From: a virus
Taxonomy: Duplodnaviria > Caudoviricetes
Strand: one strand, 5' to 3'
Length of the DNA stretch: 24,401 nucleotides
IMG/VR virus record: IMGVR_UViG_3300032218_002933
Location: 1 to 24,401 of that record
Shown here: piece after piece, positions 24,401 through 24,401 of the stretch
How the letters are laid out: every line of letters starts with the position of its first letter
Numbering within the stretch: the first letter of the stretch is position 1
Notes under the pieces: generated by a model
The model's database searches: none
The model's input: only the letters and a program-made list of their open reading frames with translations
Told to the model about the DNA's origin: nothing
Translations under genes and position numbers: made by a program

Positions 24401-24401
24401 A

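Noticed and set aside
1-24401. tRNAs, introns, inteins, homing endonucleases, transposases
   Set aside because: No cloverleaf or mobile-element motifs seen; thyX, phoH and gp32 are uninterrupted and intergenic gaps are too short

Overview
AT-rich segment of a T4-like cyanomyophage genome (Kyanoviridae-like). A cyanobacterial host is suggested by DUF1825, an NtcA box and a glnA-type glutamine riboswitch. Bases 1-11.7 kb are the conserved T4-like core: gp26 (interrupted by an in-frame TGA), gp54-like, gp4, gp2-like, gp48, gp53, gp32, DUF1825, gp59, gp33, an exonuclease, phoH, thyX, small conserved ORFs and glutaredoxin. Accessory additions in this part are a Mom-like DNA-modifying GNAT enzyme and a DUF6445-like 2OG-Fe(II) oxygenase. 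At 9.83-10.07 kb is a small nitrogen-sensing unit missed by the ORF track: NtcA box, late promoter, glutamine riboswitch, a 32-aa basic peptide and a terminator. Bases 11.75-24.4 kb are a co-oriented, tightly coupled glycan-biosynthesis island. It encodes a GT17-GT4 fusion that runs off the window, two FkbM methyltransferases, a beta-propeller, several GT-like proteins, a HAD-nucleotidyltransferase fusion, a GDPD-like phosphodiesterase, a 1016-aa GT2/7-GT25-GT25-TPR protein, WavE, and an oxygenase-fold protein lacking its metal ligands. All family calls come from motif recognition by eye; no database searches were run.
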